From Burkholderiaceae bacterium (GTDB taxonomy: Bacteria > Pseudomonadota > Gammaproteobacteria > Burkholderiales > Burkholderiaceae_C), in contig DAIOSZ010000001.1 in the NCBI GenBank assembly GCA_036752305.1, forward strand, positions 2,556-60,724: 58,169 nt of DNA. Direction: 5' to 3'. Under the pieces are notes generated by a model. That model was not told the origin of the DNA. It worked only from the letters and a program-made list of their open reading frames with translations, and did not search any database. Positions 33,173 to 42,391 of this stretch are shown here, one piece after another (within the stretch, counting starts at the first letter, position 1; every line of letters starts with the position of its first letter). The position numbers and the translations under genes are program-made.

Positions 33173-33979
33173 TCAATCCCCGAACACGGGCTTGCGCTTT
33201 TCCATGAAGGCCGTGACCGCCTCACGATGCGCATCGGTCTTGTGCGCCAGCGCCTGGTAGCTGGCCGACAGTTCCAGCAAGCCGTCGAGCGAAGCGGTCT
33301 GCCCTTCGCGAATCAGCCGCTTGGTCATGCGCAGCACGACTCCTGGATTGGCGGCAACGCGCGCGGCCAGCCGCAGCGCCTCGTCCATGAGCTGCTCGCT
33401 CGGAACCACGCGCGAGACCAGCCCACACGCCAGCGCCTCCCGCGCGTCGATGGGGTCGCCGGTGAACGCCATCTCACAGGCCTTGGCGAGCCCCACGGCG
33501 CGCGGCAGCAGCCAGGCTCCGCCGTCACCGGGAACGATGCCGACCTTGACAAAGCTCTCGGCAAACGTCGCGCTTTCAGCGGCGATGCGCAGATCGCACA
33601 TGCAGGTGAGATCCAGTCCGGCGCCGATGGCCGGGCCATTGACCGCGGCGATCACCGGCACGTCCAGCGCGGCAAAGGCGCGCGGCAGGCGCTGGATGCC
33701 GCGCCGGTACTCCTCGCGGATCGCATCCGGCGCCGGCGCGCCCTCGGCGGCGAAGAAACGCGCCATGTCCTTGACGTTGCCGCCCGAGCTGAACACCGGA
33801 CCCGCCCCGGTGAGGATGACGCAGCGCACCGCGGCATCGGCCTGGATGGCATCAAGCGCATCGACGAACTCTTGCACCGCTGTGTTGCCGGTCAGCGCAT
33901 TGCGCGTGGCCGGCTGATTCATGGTGAGGATGGCGATGCCGCCTTCGCGGTGGATCTGCAAGAAGGCTGGTGAGCTCAT
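33173..33979 (-). CDS. enoyl-CoA hydratase/isomerase (crotonase family)
   Basis: Crotonase fold motifs (RNALT, VILTGAGPVFSSGGN, IAAVNGPAIGAGLDL). Confidence 0.9.
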   Translation of the reverse strand: MSSPAFLQIHREGGIAILTMNQPATRNALTGNTAVQEFVDALDAIQADAAVRCVILTGAGPVFSSGGNVKDMARFFAAEGAPAPDAIREEYRRGIQRLPRAFAALDVPVIAAVNGPAIGAGLDLTCMCDLRIAAESATFAESFVKVGIVPGDGGAWLLPRAVGLAKACEMAFTGDPIDAREALACGLVSRVVPSEQLMDEALRLAARVAANPGVVLRMTKRLIREGQTASLDGLLELSASYQALAHKTDAHREAVTAFMEKRKPVFGD

Positions 33980-34755
33980 GGCGTGGAGACTGCAAGGGTT
34001 TCGGTGAGGGCGCGCAGCATGTCGAGCGTCGGGCCCGCGTGTTCGTGCACCAGGGCGCGGCCCAGTTCGGCATGCCAGTACGATTCGCTCCCCGCGCTCT
34101 GGCGCCAGCGGTGCAGGCGCAGCGTGAAGAGTGGCAGATCGCTCTCATGCGTGAAGCCAATGGCGCCATGCACCGCGTGCGCGATGGCGGCCACTTCCAC
34201 CGCCGCCTCGCTGGTGCGCGCCTTGGCCACCGCCACGCGCTGCGGATCGATGCGACGCAGGTCGGCCGCCACGTAGGCCAGCCGCGCCGCCATGCGGGCG
34301 GCAAACACTTCTTCGGCCATCACCGCCAACTGATGCTGAATGGCCTGGAACTTCCCGAGCGGCCGGCCAAACTGCACGCGGTCGTTGGCATAGGCCAGCG
34401 AGCGGTCGAACACGGCGCGCATCGCACCCGCCAGCAGCGCGGCGCACACCAGCGCCCGATGCGCCAGCGGCAAATCCGGTGGTGCAACACCGAGAGCGCG
34501 CGCGACCATCTGCTCGGCCGCCGGCAGCGGCAGCGCGTGCGCGCCGAAGGCCTCGAACACCGGAAAAATCTCATCCAGCCCCAACCCCAGGCCACCATCG
34601 GCCTCGGCGCGCAAGGCGTCGTCAAAGCCCAGTTGGGCGAAGGATGCGGCCAGGGCGTCCGGGCTGGCGCCAGCGTCGATGGCGCGCACCACGGCCGCCG
34701 TGCATTCCTGGCGCAGCCAAGCGGTGGCGGCGTCGAGCATCAGGTGATCGCTCAT
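33976..34755 (-). CDS. acyl-CoA dehydrogenase-family protein, short (C-terminal-domain) subunit
   Basis: 259 aa from ATG 34755 (ATGA overlap with the upstream ACAD stop). It has an ACAD C-terminal helical domain (RVQFGRPLGKFQAIQHQLA) but lacks the N-terminal domain. Confidence 0.7.
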   Translation of the reverse strand: MSDHLMLDAATAWLRQECTAAVVRAIDAGASPDALAASFAQLGFDDALRAEADGGLGLGLDEIFPVFEAFGAHALPLPAAEQMVARALGVAPPDLPLAHRALVCAALLAGAMRAVFDRSLAYANDRVQFGRPLGKFQAIQHQLAVMAEEVFAARMAARLAYVAADLRRIDPQRVAVAKARTSEAAVEVAAIAHAVHGAIGFTHESDLPLFTLRLHRWRQSAGSESYWHAELGRALVHEHAGPTLDMLRALTETLAVSTP

Positions 34756-35912
34756 CGCAAACCCAGTCCCCGCGCGATCATGCCGCGCAAAATTTCCCGC
34801 GTTCCGCCGCGCAGCGAGTAACAAGGCGCCACGCGGATGATGTGGTCCAGCGTGAGCAACAGTTCGGCGGGTGGCTGCACGTCAGGCCGCGAGCCGAGGT
34901 CGTCGGCAATCACGGTGGCGATGCGCTGCTCCAGCGTGGTGCCCAGATCTTTGACCAGCGCAGCCTCCACGACCGGGCTCTCGCCTTGCGAAAGCCGTTC
35001 GGTGACCGCGACCGACAGCGCGCGCAGCGGTGCGAGCTGGCTCAGGATGCGCCCGGCGCGGCGCTCCGCCTCGGGGCTGGCGCCTTGCGGCGTGCGCAAC
35101 CAGGCCAGCCAGTTGTCGAACAGCACGATGCTGGAAAAAATGCGCTCGGGGCCGCTGCGCTCGAAGGCCAGCTCTGCCGTCACCTGCTCCCAGCCCTGGC
35201 CTTCGTTTCCGATGAGCGCATCGGCCGACAGCGGCACGTCGTCAAAGAACACTTCGCAGAAATGGTCCGCGCCACTCATGTCGGTGATGGGCCGCACCGT
35301 GACACCCGGCGAGCGAAGATCGACGATGAATTGCGACAAGCCCTTTTGCCGGTCGGCGGCGTCGCCCGACGAACGCACCAGCGCAATCATGTGGTCGCAA
35401 TGATGCGCGTTCGTCGTCCAGATTTTCTGGCCATTCAAGCGCCAGCCGCCATGGCCATCGGGCGTGGCGCGGGTGCGCACACTGGCAAGGTCGGAACCCG
35501 CGTTGGGCTCGCTCATGCCAATGCAGAAGAAGGACTCGCCACGGGCAATTGGCGGCAGGTAGGCGCGCCGCTGCGCCTCGGTGCCGAATTTGAGAATCAG
35601 CGGGCCACTTTGCCGGTCGGCAATCCAGTGCGAGCCTACCGGCGCGCCCGCGTTCAGGAATTCCTCGACCAGCACGTAGCGAGCGAAGGCACTGCGCTCC
35701 GCTCCTCCATAGGCTTTGGGCCAGGTGATGCCCAGCCAACCCCGCTCGCCCAGCGCACGGCTGAATGCGGGGCTGTAACCCGCCCAGGACTGGGCGCGTT
35801 CGTGCGCGGGCCGATCCCGGAGGGCTTCGCGCAGAAAGGCGCGCGCCGCGCCGCGCAACGCTTCATCCTCGGGTGGAATGCGCGTGGGCGCGAGGGTGTC
35901 GAAGGCGGTCAC
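34752..35912 (-). CDS. acyl-CoA dehydrogenase
   Basis: 386 aa with all three ACAD domains (FCIGMSEPNAGSDLAS, GQKIWTTNAH). The GTG start overlaps the upstream Bug stop. Confidence 0.9.
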   Translation of the reverse strand: MTAFDTLAPTRIPPEDEALRGAARAFLREALRDRPAHERAQSWAGYSPAFSRALGERGWLGITWPKAYGGAERSAFARYVLVEEFLNAGAPVGSHWIADRQSGPLILKFGTEAQRRAYLPPIARGESFFCIGMSEPNAGSDLASVRTRATPDGHGGWRLNGQKIWTTNAHHCDHMIALVRSSGDAADRQKGLSQFIVDLRSPGVTVRPITDMSGADHFCEVFFDDVPLSADALIGNEGQGWEQVTAELAFERSGPERIFSSIVLFDNWLAWLRTPQGASPEAERRAGRILSQLAPLRALSVAVTERLSQGESPVVEAALVKDLGTTLEQRIATVIADDLGSRPDVQPPAELLLTLDHIIRVAPCYSLRGGTREILRGMIARGLGLR

Positions 35913-36862
35913 TGCAATTCAACCTTGGCCTTGGCGGCGATGCGCTTCCACTGTGCGATCTCGGTGGCCTGGAACGCACGCAATTCCTCGGGGCCACCTT
36001 TCATCACCTCGGCGCCAAGCCTTTCGTAGAACTCGCGCGTCTCGGGCAGTTGCTCGATGCGCGTCATCAAGGCCGCCAGACGCTCGGCCTCGGGCCTGGG
36101 CGTGCGGGCCGGCACCATGCTGGCCACCCAGGTGTAGGCGGTGAAGCCCGGCAGGCCGGCCTCGGCCGCGGTCGGCACCTGAGGCAACACCGGACTGCGA
36201 CGCTCCGAGGCCACGGCCAGTGCCCGCAGCTTGCCGGCCTTGGCCAACTCGGCCGCGCTGGTGACTTCTGCAAATGCAAAGCCCACGGTGCCTGAGGCGA
36301 TGGCGGTGACGGCTTCCGAGGCGCCCTTGAACGGCACGTGCAGCGTCTGCAAGCCCGCCGCGTCGTTGAACAGTTCCGCCATCAGCTGGTAGCCGGCCGA
36401 GCCAGCGCCAAAGCTCAGTTTGCCAGGCTGCGCGCGCGCCGCGGCGATCAACTCGGCCACGCTCTGGTACGGCGCGTTTGCCGGTGCAATCAGCAGCGCG
36501 GGAGCGCGCATCGCCATCGAAAGCGGCGCGAAATCGGCCACCGGGTCGTACGGCAGGCTCTTGAACAGCGCCGCATTCACGGCCAGCGTGGAGTTGCTGC
36601 CGAAGAACACCGTGGATCCGTCGGCCGGCGCCGCCAGCACCTGACGCACGGCAATGAAGCCATTGGCGCCGGGCTTGTTGTCCACGACCACGACCTGCCC
36701 GGTGAGCTCGGTCACCTTGCGGGCGAAGTAGCGCGCCGACGTGTCGGTGCCGCTGCCCGGCGGAAACGGCACGACGAACCTGAGCGCCCGGGTATCGGAC
36801 GGCGCCTGCGCCCAGGCCGGCATCGCCAGCGCGGCCAGAAAGCCGCGACGCTTGAGTTGCAT
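35909..36862 (-). CDS. Bug/TctC-family tripartite tricarboxylate transporter substrate-binding protein
   Basis: The ATG at 36862 gives the signal MQLKRRGFLAALAMPAWAQA. Bug motifs are present (VVPFPPGSGTDT, VVVDNKPGANG). Confidence 0.85.
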   Translation of the reverse strand: MQLKRRGFLAALAMPAWAQAPSDTRALRFVVPFPPGSGTDTSARYFARKVTELTGQVVVVDNKPGANGFIAVRQVLAAPADGSTVFFGSNSTLAVNAALFKSLPYDPVADFAPLSMAMRAPALLIAPANAPYQSVAELIAAARAQPGKLSFGAGSAGYQLMAELFNDAAGLQTLHVPFKGASEAVTAIASGTVGFAFAEVTSAAELAKAGKLRALAVASERRSPVLPQVPTAAEAGLPGFTAYTWVASMVPARTPRPEAERLAALMTRIEQLPETREFYERLGAEVMKGGPEELRAFQATEIAQWKRIAAKAKVELQ

Positions 36863-36909
36863 GAGACTCTCCCAGTCAAGGTGCGCCCGTGGACGCATGC
36901 CATTGGCCG

Positions 36910-37899
36910 TCATTCCAGGCTCGCGCCGGTCTGGCGCACGACTTTCGTCCAGCGCTCGATTTCGGATTTGATATAGCGGCCGTAGGCCTCGGAGGTCGAA
37001 CCCAGCGGATCGGCGCCTTGCTGCGCGAGCTTGGCGCGCACATCGGGCGCGGCCAGTGCCTTGCCCAACTCGGCGTGGAGCCGACGCACGATCTCCGGCG
37101 GCGTCTTCGCGGGCACGGTGAGGCCCTGCCACGCGCCCACCTCGAAGCCGGGCATCACCGTCTCGGCCAGCGTGGGCACGTCGGGCAGCAACGCGCTGCG
37201 GTTGGCGCCGGTGACGGCCAGCGCGCGCAGGCGCTTGTCACGAATGAACGGCAGCGACGAGTTGAGCGTATCGGTCGTGAACTGCGTCTGCCCCGCCACC
37301 AGATCGGTCAGCGCCGGCGCGCTGCCCTTGTAGGGCACATGCTGGGCGCTCAGGCCATTGGCTTGCAGGAACATGTGCGCGCCCAGGTGCGTGATGTTGC
37401 CGTTGCCCGCCGAGCCATAGCTCAGCTTGCCGGGATTGGCCTTAAGGTATGCGACGAACTCCTGGACCGTCTGCGCAGGCACCGAAGGATGCACGCTGAG
37501 CACCAGCGGAATCACCGCGCACAGCATCACGGGTGCGAGGTCGGCCGCCGGGTCATAAGCCAGCTTTTTGTACAGCGCGGGGGACAGCGCGATGGCCGAG
37601 GTGTTGTAGAACAGCGTATAGCCGTCGGCGGGTGCCTTGACAACGAATTCGGCGGCGATGTTGCCATTGGCGCCGGGCTTGTTGTCCACGACCACGCTCT
37701 GGCCCATCTGCTCGCCCAGTTTCTGCGCCAGCACGCGCGCCACCAGATCCGTCGGCCCGCCCGGCGGAAACGCAATCACCAGACGAATCGGTTTGTCGGG
37801 GTAGCCGCCAGGCGCCTGCGCCCAGGCCGAGGGCATGGCAAGAGTGACGGGCAGTGCCGCGAGAGTGAAGGAACGGCGGGACAACGGTTTGGCGGTCAT
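36910..37899 (-). CDS. Bug/TctC-family substrate-binding protein
   Basis: Signal peptide plus PIRLVIAFPPGGPTDLVAR and VVVDNKPGANGNIAA. Confidence 0.9.
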   Translation of the reverse strand: MTAKPLSRRSFTLAALPVTLAMPSAWAQAPGGYPDKPIRLVIAFPPGGPTDLVARVLAQKLGEQMGQSVVVDNKPGANGNIAAEFVVKAPADGYTLFYNTSAIALSPALYKKLAYDPAADLAPVMLCAVIPLVLSVHPSVPAQTVQEFVAYLKANPGKLSYGSAGNGNITHLGAHMFLQANGLSAQHVPYKGSAPALTDLVAGQTQFTTDTLNSSLPFIRDKRLRALAVTGANRSALLPDVPTLAETVMPGFEVGAWQGLTVPAKTPPEIVRRLHAELGKALAAPDVRAKLAQQGADPLGSTSEAYGRYIKSEIERWTKVVRQTGASLE

Positions 37900-37909
37900 G
37901 GCAAAGGCT

Positions 37910-38386
37910 TCAGTTCGGTCGCCCGGCCAGCAATCGGGTGGCGGTATAGGTCATCACGTTTTCGCCGCGCTGATTGAACACGTCGATCACCGAGGTGACG
38001 ACTGCGCGGCCCTTGGTGGAGGTGGGGCGGATGCCGGTGACCTCCACCTCGGCGCCGATCGTGTCGCCCACGCACACCGGCGCGAGAATTTTCTGCGTGA
38101 GCTCGAGCATCGCCAGGCCGGTCCCCTGGATCATGGTTTGCAGCACGAAGCCCTCAATGAACGTGTACGTCAGCGCGCCGGGCACCGGCCGGCCACCGAT
38201 GGCGGCGCCTTCGTAGCCTTGTTCGATGAAGATGGCCTCCAGCATGCCGGTGCAGTTGATGAAGGCGACGAGATCGGCCTCGGTGACCGTGCGGCGGAAG
38301 GTGCGAAAACGCTGGCCGACCTGCAGGTCCTGCCAGTAAAAGCCTTGGCCCAGGCGCGGCAGCGGCGCGGGTTGTGGGTTGCCCAT
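37910..38386 (-). CDS. MaoC-like (R)-specific enoyl-CoA hydratase / hot-dog fold dehydratase
   Basis: 158 aa with a hot-dog fold pattern (FRRTVTEADLVAFINCTGM...). Confidence 0.8.
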   Translation of the reverse strand: MGNPQPAPLPRLGQGFYWQDLQVGQRFRTFRRTVTEADLVAFINCTGMLEAIFIEQGYEGAAIGGRPVPGALTYTFIEGFVLQTMIQGTGLAMLELTQKILAPVCVGDTIGAEVEVTGIRPTSTKGRAVVTSVIDVFNQRGENVMTYTATRLLAGRPN

Positions 38387-38395
38387 GTCGCGCCT

Positions 38396-39604
38396 TCAGT
38401 CTTCCAGATAGTTGCCCGCCGAAAAGCGCACCGGGGGCGCGTCCGGCTCGAAGCTCAGGCCCGCCGGGTCGCGCCCCTCGGCTACGGCGTCAAGCTGGGC
38501 TTGCAACAGGCGGCGCAGCATCACGATGCCGCGATCGGTGGTAGCCAGGTGTTCCTCGGAATGCTTGGCGATCACGCCCTGGCTGACCATGGCCTCGTGA
38601 TCGCCAGGAAAGCGCTGATGCTCCTCGTCGCTCAGCTCCTCCCACAGCTTGCCATTCAGGCGCGAGCGCATCTTCACCAGCTCGCCCGCCTCGCGCACGC
38701 GGCCGACGACGTAGATGCGAAAGTGATGGTCGTCGATGGGCAGCACCCAGCCGAGCGACTCGACCGGCCCCCAACGCCCCACCCGCGGGCTGGGAATGAC
38801 GCGCAGCGTGGGCAGGCCCGCCTCGCTGATGCGCCGGAAGGTTTTGCCGTCCGGGAGCTTGCGGACCGAGAGTGTGCGCACGCTCATCTCCTGCGTGTCC
38901 CAGGAGACCTCGGGCATAAGAGCCATCTGCTCGACGAACTGGGTGCCGGAAAAGGAGGAGTGCAGGATGACGACGTGAAACGGATCAACCAGGTTCTCAT
39001 AGTGCTGCAACCAGTTGCAGGGAACGATCTGGGGGCCGCCGCCGCCAATGCTTTGGTCATTGGCCTCCAGGAACTCACCGGCCTCCAGTTCCTCCAGGCA
39101 GGCGTAGCGTGGCAGCACGGGCTTTTTTTCCGGCGGGCCAAGGTAGGCCCACACGAGGCCGTAGCGCTCCTGCACCGGGTACCAGGGCTGGCGCGCCCGG
39201 TGGCGAGCCCGCCCGCCATCGGGTTCGCAGGGTTGTTCGAGGCAATGGCCTTGCACGTCAAACAGCCAGCCGTGGTAGCAGCAGCGGATGCCGCGCTCCT
39301 CGACCTTGCCATAGAACAATGAGGTGCCGCGGTGCGCGCAATGTGGGTAGACCAGCCCCGGGCGACCCTCGCCATCGCGAAACAGGATCAGGTCTTCGCC
39401 GAGCACGCGGATCTGGCGCGGCGTGGCGCCGGCATCGACCGACAGGCCCACCGGGTGCCAGTAGCGGCGCATCAGCTCACCCATCGGCGTGCCCGCGCCT
39501 ACGTCGGTCAAATGGTGCATCGAATGAGGCGCGGGCCGGCCATATGCCGTGCCCGTGTCGGTCGCGATGGGGATGACGCGGTGTTCGCCGTGTTCAGGGT
39601 TCAT
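38396..39604 (-). CDS. Rieske [2Fe-2S] non-heme-iron oxygenase, alpha (catalytic) subunit
   Basis: Rieske motif CAHRG...CCYHGW and mononuclear iron motif ENLVDPFHVVILH (D-x2-H-x4-H). Confidence 0.9.
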   Translation of the reverse strand: MNPEHGEHRVIPIATDTGTAYGRPAPHSMHHLTDVGAGTPMGELMRRYWHPVGLSVDAGATPRQIRVLGEDLILFRDGEGRPGLVYPHCAHRGTSLFYGKVEERGIRCCYHGWLFDVQGHCLEQPCEPDGGRARHRARQPWYPVQERYGLVWAYLGPPEKKPVLPRYACLEELEAGEFLEANDQSIGGGGPQIVPCNWLQHYENLVDPFHVVILHSSFSGTQFVEQMALMPEVSWDTQEMSVRTLSVRKLPDGKTFRRISEAGLPTLRVIPSPRVGRWGPVESLGWVLPIDDHHFRIYVVGRVREAGELVKMRSRLNGKLWEELSDEEHQRFPGDHEAMVSQGVIAKHSEEHLATTDRGIVMLRRLLQAQLDAVAEGRDPAGLSFEPDAPPVRFSAGNYLED

Positions 39605-39608
39605 GGAT

Positions 39609-40598
39609 TCACTCTGCTTTGACGCCGGCCGCGCGAATCAGCTCGGCCGTGCGCGGGAAATCGGCCTTGTAGCGTTCGGTGAATTCGGCGGGCGTGTTGG
39701 CCAGCGGCTCAAAGCCAAAGGCCGTCAGCCGCGCCGAGACCTCGGGCTGGCGGGTGATCTCGCGCAGCGCGGTCGCCCAGGTCTCTTGCCAGGGCGCGGG
39801 CAGCCGCGCGGGCGCGTACAGGCCGACCCATGAATCCACGTCGAAGCCCGCAAACCCCTGTTCGGCAAACGTGGGCACCTGCGGCAGCGCGGAGACGCGT
39901 CGCGTGCCGGCAATGCCCAGCACCTTCATCTTGCCGCTTTGCACATGGCCTCTTGCGGTGGCGGGGTTGGCCCAGGCGAAGTCGAGGTTCTCGCCAAACA
40001 AGTCCTGATGGACCTGCGCCTCGGCCTTGTAGGCCACATGCGTCAGCGGCACGTCGGTCTGGCGCTTGAGCAATTCGCCGAACAGATGCGCCGTCGAACC
40101 GTTGCCCCAGGTACCGTAGTACAGCGGCTTGCCCTGGCGGCGGCCGACCTCGATAACTTCTTTCAGGTTCCCGTATGGCGCGCTGGCCCGCGCCACCAAC
40201 ACCGCCCCGCCGGTGGCAACCATCGACAGCGGCGTGAAATCGGCCACGGGGTCATAGGGCATCTTGGCCTGGAGGATGGGCAGGTTCACGTGCGTGAGCG
40301 GCAGCGTCATCATCACGGTATGGCCGTCCGGGGCCGCCTTGGCCACGAAGTCCGCGGCGACGATGCCGCTGGCGCCCGGCTTGGCATCCACGATCACCGG
40401 CTGGCCCCAACGTTGTTGCAGCCGCTCGGCGTACACGCGCGCCAGGGTATCGATTGGCCCGCCTGGCGCGCCAAACGGCACGATGCGCACCGGGCGGGTC
40501 GGAACCGGCGCTGGCGTCTGCGCCCGAACGCCCGGCAACGCGGCAATGCCGCCCAAGCCAGCGAACACCAGCGAGCGGCGAGAAAACGGGTGGGTCAT
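39609..40598 (-). CDS. Bug/TctC-family substrate-binding protein
   Basis: The ATG at 40598 gives MTHPFSRRSLVFAGLGGIAALPGVRAQ. Motifs RIVPFGAPGGPIDT and VIVDAKPGASG follow. Confidence 0.85.
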   Translation of the reverse strand: MTHPFSRRSLVFAGLGGIAALPGVRAQTPAPVPTRPVRIVPFGAPGGPIDTLARVYAERLQQRWGQPVIVDAKPGASGIVAADFVAKAAPDGHTVMMTLPLTHVNLPILQAKMPYDPVADFTPLSMVATGGAVLVARASAPYGNLKEVIEVGRRQGKPLYYGTWGNGSTAHLFGELLKRQTDVPLTHVAYKAEAQVHQDLFGENLDFAWANPATARGHVQSGKMKVLGIAGTRRVSALPQVPTFAEQGFAGFDVDSWVGLYAPARLPAPWQETWATALREITRQPEVSARLTAFGFEPLANTPAEFTERYKADFPRTAELIRAAGVKAE

Positions 40599-40697
40599 CG
40601 CATGGCTCCCGAAGGGCGGTGGGGCCACCCCGCGCGACCCCGCCAGGCCATTATGCGGCGCTCCAACCGGCGCCGCTTGTCCCGCGGACGCGACGGG

Positions 40698-41339
40698 TCA
40701 CCAACGCAGCAATCGCGGCCCCAGCCAAGCGCCCACGACCACGGGCAAGGCCATGCCCAGCACGTACCACACGGCCAGAAACGGCGCCGTCAGCTCAGGG
40801 CAGTGCAGAGCGTACACGGCCGCGCCAGTGCCGCCAGCCAACAGTCCGGCCGCCGCGCCGGCCCATCGCGGTCGGGTGGGCGCCAATTGGCGTAACGCAA
40901 ACAGCGCGGCCACGAACATCGGCAGGCCAATCCAGCCTACGCTCCACAGGCAGGCCTGCCAGGTCTGTCCCCACAGCAACACAGGCCGCTCGGCCCTCGG
41001 CGCATCCAACCACTGCACGAGCCCCATGCTCCATACCAACGCCAGCAGCACCGCCACCACCGCGACCGCCCCACGCGCCGACAAGCCCGGGCGCCCCAAT
41101 CGCGCCACGGCCCAGCCTCCCGCCAGGGCCATGCCCAGCGGCAATCCGATCTTGAACCAGAACATCGGCCAGGCGGTGGCCGCCGCCAGATCCCGGCGCA
41201 GACCATAGAACGCGAACATGAGTACCAGCGCGCCCAGCAAGCCCAGCCCCGCCCAGCGCGCCACCCGGGCCCCGGCGTGTGTCGGCGGCACGGGCTGCAG
41301 GCCAGTAGACAGAAAGCCGATCAGTTCATCGGTCTTCAT
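40698..41339 (-). CDS. nrsF: NrsF-family (DUF1109) membrane anti-sigma factor
   Basis: The ATG at 41339 (ATGA overlap with the sigma gene stop) gives the [18 protein letters not shown]-terminus typical of NrsF. Six TM helices follow. Confidence 0.8.
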   Translation of the reverse strand: MKTDELIGFLSTGLQPVPPTHAGARVARWAGLGLLGALVLMFAFYGLRRDLAAATAWPMFWFKIGLPLGMALAGGWAVARLGRPGLSARGAVAVVAVLLALVWSMGLVQWLDAPRAERPVLLWGQTWQACLWSVGWIGLPMFVAALFALRQLAPTRPRWAGAAAGLLAGGTGAAVYALHCPELTAPFLAVWYVLGMALPVVVGAWLGPRLLRW

Positions 41340-41908
41340 GCCCGGTCTCCCACTGTCGAGCAGGCCTGCGCGAAACGCAGGGCCAATGCCTTCAGACCAC
41401 GGTGGATGCCCACCTTGACTGCTGACTCGGACAGCCCGGTCAGCCGCGCGGTCTCGGCCACCGACAGGCCCTCGATCTTGACGCACTCAATCGGCCTGCG
41501 CTGCTTGTCCGGCAAGGTGTGCAGCATGCCCAGGACATCGCGCCGGGCGTCGCTGGCCTCGGTGTCGCTGGCGGCAAACACCGCCAGCTCGTCGTCCAGC
41601 GGCACATGCAGCGCCTCGCGCCCCGAGCGAGCGCGCAGCAGGTCGATCAATTTGTAGCGCGCGATCGCCTGTACCCAGGCCACGAACACCTGGTCAGGTT
41701 GGTAGGTGTGGCGCTGGTTGTGCACCGCCAGCAGACATTCCTGCACGAGATCCTCCACGTCATCGGGCCAGCCGAACAGGCGCCGACCCACCCAGGCGCG
41801 CAGATGCGTGGCCAGCCGTTGCAAAAAGCGCCGGTACGCGGTTTCGTCGCCATCCAGGCTGCGCAACAGCAGACCGCGCAGCTCAACTTCGACATCCGGC
41901 TTTGACAT
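41336..41908 (-). CDS. ECF (group IV) RNA polymerase sigma factor, SigF-type
   Basis: Region 2 ([17 protein letters not shown]) and region 4 HTH ([28 protein letters not shown]). It is paired with an nrsF-like gene. Confidence 0.9.
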   Translation of the reverse strand: MSKPDVEVELRGLLLRSLDGDETAYRRFLQRLATHLRAWVGRRLFGWPDDVEDLVQECLLAVHNQRHTYQPDQVFVAWVQAIARYKLIDLLRARSGREALHVPLDDELAVFAASDTEASDARRDVLGMLHTLPDKQRRPIECVKIEGLSVAETARLTGLSESAVKVGIHRGLKALALRFAQACSTVGDRA

Positions 41909-41927
41909 CCATCACTCCGTATCCCTA

Positions 41928-41953
41928 TTCGCGCCCGCCGTGGTTGCGGTTAC
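41928..41953 (-). promoter_or_regulatory. ECF-type promoter GTAACC-N16-CGAA upstream of the sigma gene (autoregulation)
   Basis: The minus strand reads GTAACC GCAACCACGGCGGGCG CGAA. The -10 element lies about 20 nt upstream of the sigma ATG (41908). Confidence 0.6.
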
Positions 41954-41994
41954 AGCCTCCGCAAAAAAAAGACAAGTCTTTCTCAGCATCGACT

Positions 41995-42020
41995 GTAACC
42001 AGACCGGTGAACGGTGCGAA
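41995..42020 (+). promoter_or_regulatory. ECF-type promoter GTAACC-N16-CGAA upstream of the DUF2282 precursor gene
   Basis: The plus strand reads GTAACC AGACCGGTGAACGGTG CGAA, 60 nt upstream of ATG 42081. It has the same hexamer, tetramer and spacing as the divergent copy. Confidence 0.65.
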
Positions 42021-42080
42021 AGAGGATGCAACCGCGCCATATCGGCCCGGTTCGATCTCAACCTGTCAAGGAGCTCAAGC

Positions 42081-42365
42081 ATGACCACCCTATCCAAAAC
42101 CCTGACGGCCGCCGGCCTCGCCGCGCTGGTCGCCACCGCCGTGCAGGCCCAGACACCAATGGGTGACAAGGCCGCCGCGATGGAAAAGTGCTACGGCGTC
42201 GCCATGGCCGGCAAGAACGATTGCGCCGCGGGCCCAGGGACCACCTGCGCCGGCACGTCCAAGACCGACTACCAGGGCAATGCCTGGAAAAACGTCCCGG
42301 CAGGCACCTGCACCGGCATCAAGACGCCCAAAGGCATGGGCTCGCTGGCGCCCATCAAGGCCTGA
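42081..42365 (+). CDS. bufA: DUF2282 secreted Cys-containing peptide, bufferin-type RiPP precursor (BufA1-like)
   Basis: AAGGAG RBS. Sec signal peptide [23 protein letters not shown]. The core has four Cys in contexts EKCYG, NDCAAG, TTCAGT and GTCTG. Confidence 0.85.
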   Translation: MTTLSKTLTAAGLAALVATAVQAQTPMGDKAAAMEKCYGVAMAGKNDCAAGPGTTCAGTSKTDYQGNAWKNVPAGTCTGIKTPKGMGSLAPIKA

Positions 42366-42391
42366 CCGTCGCCCTCCCCCGCGTGCCCACC

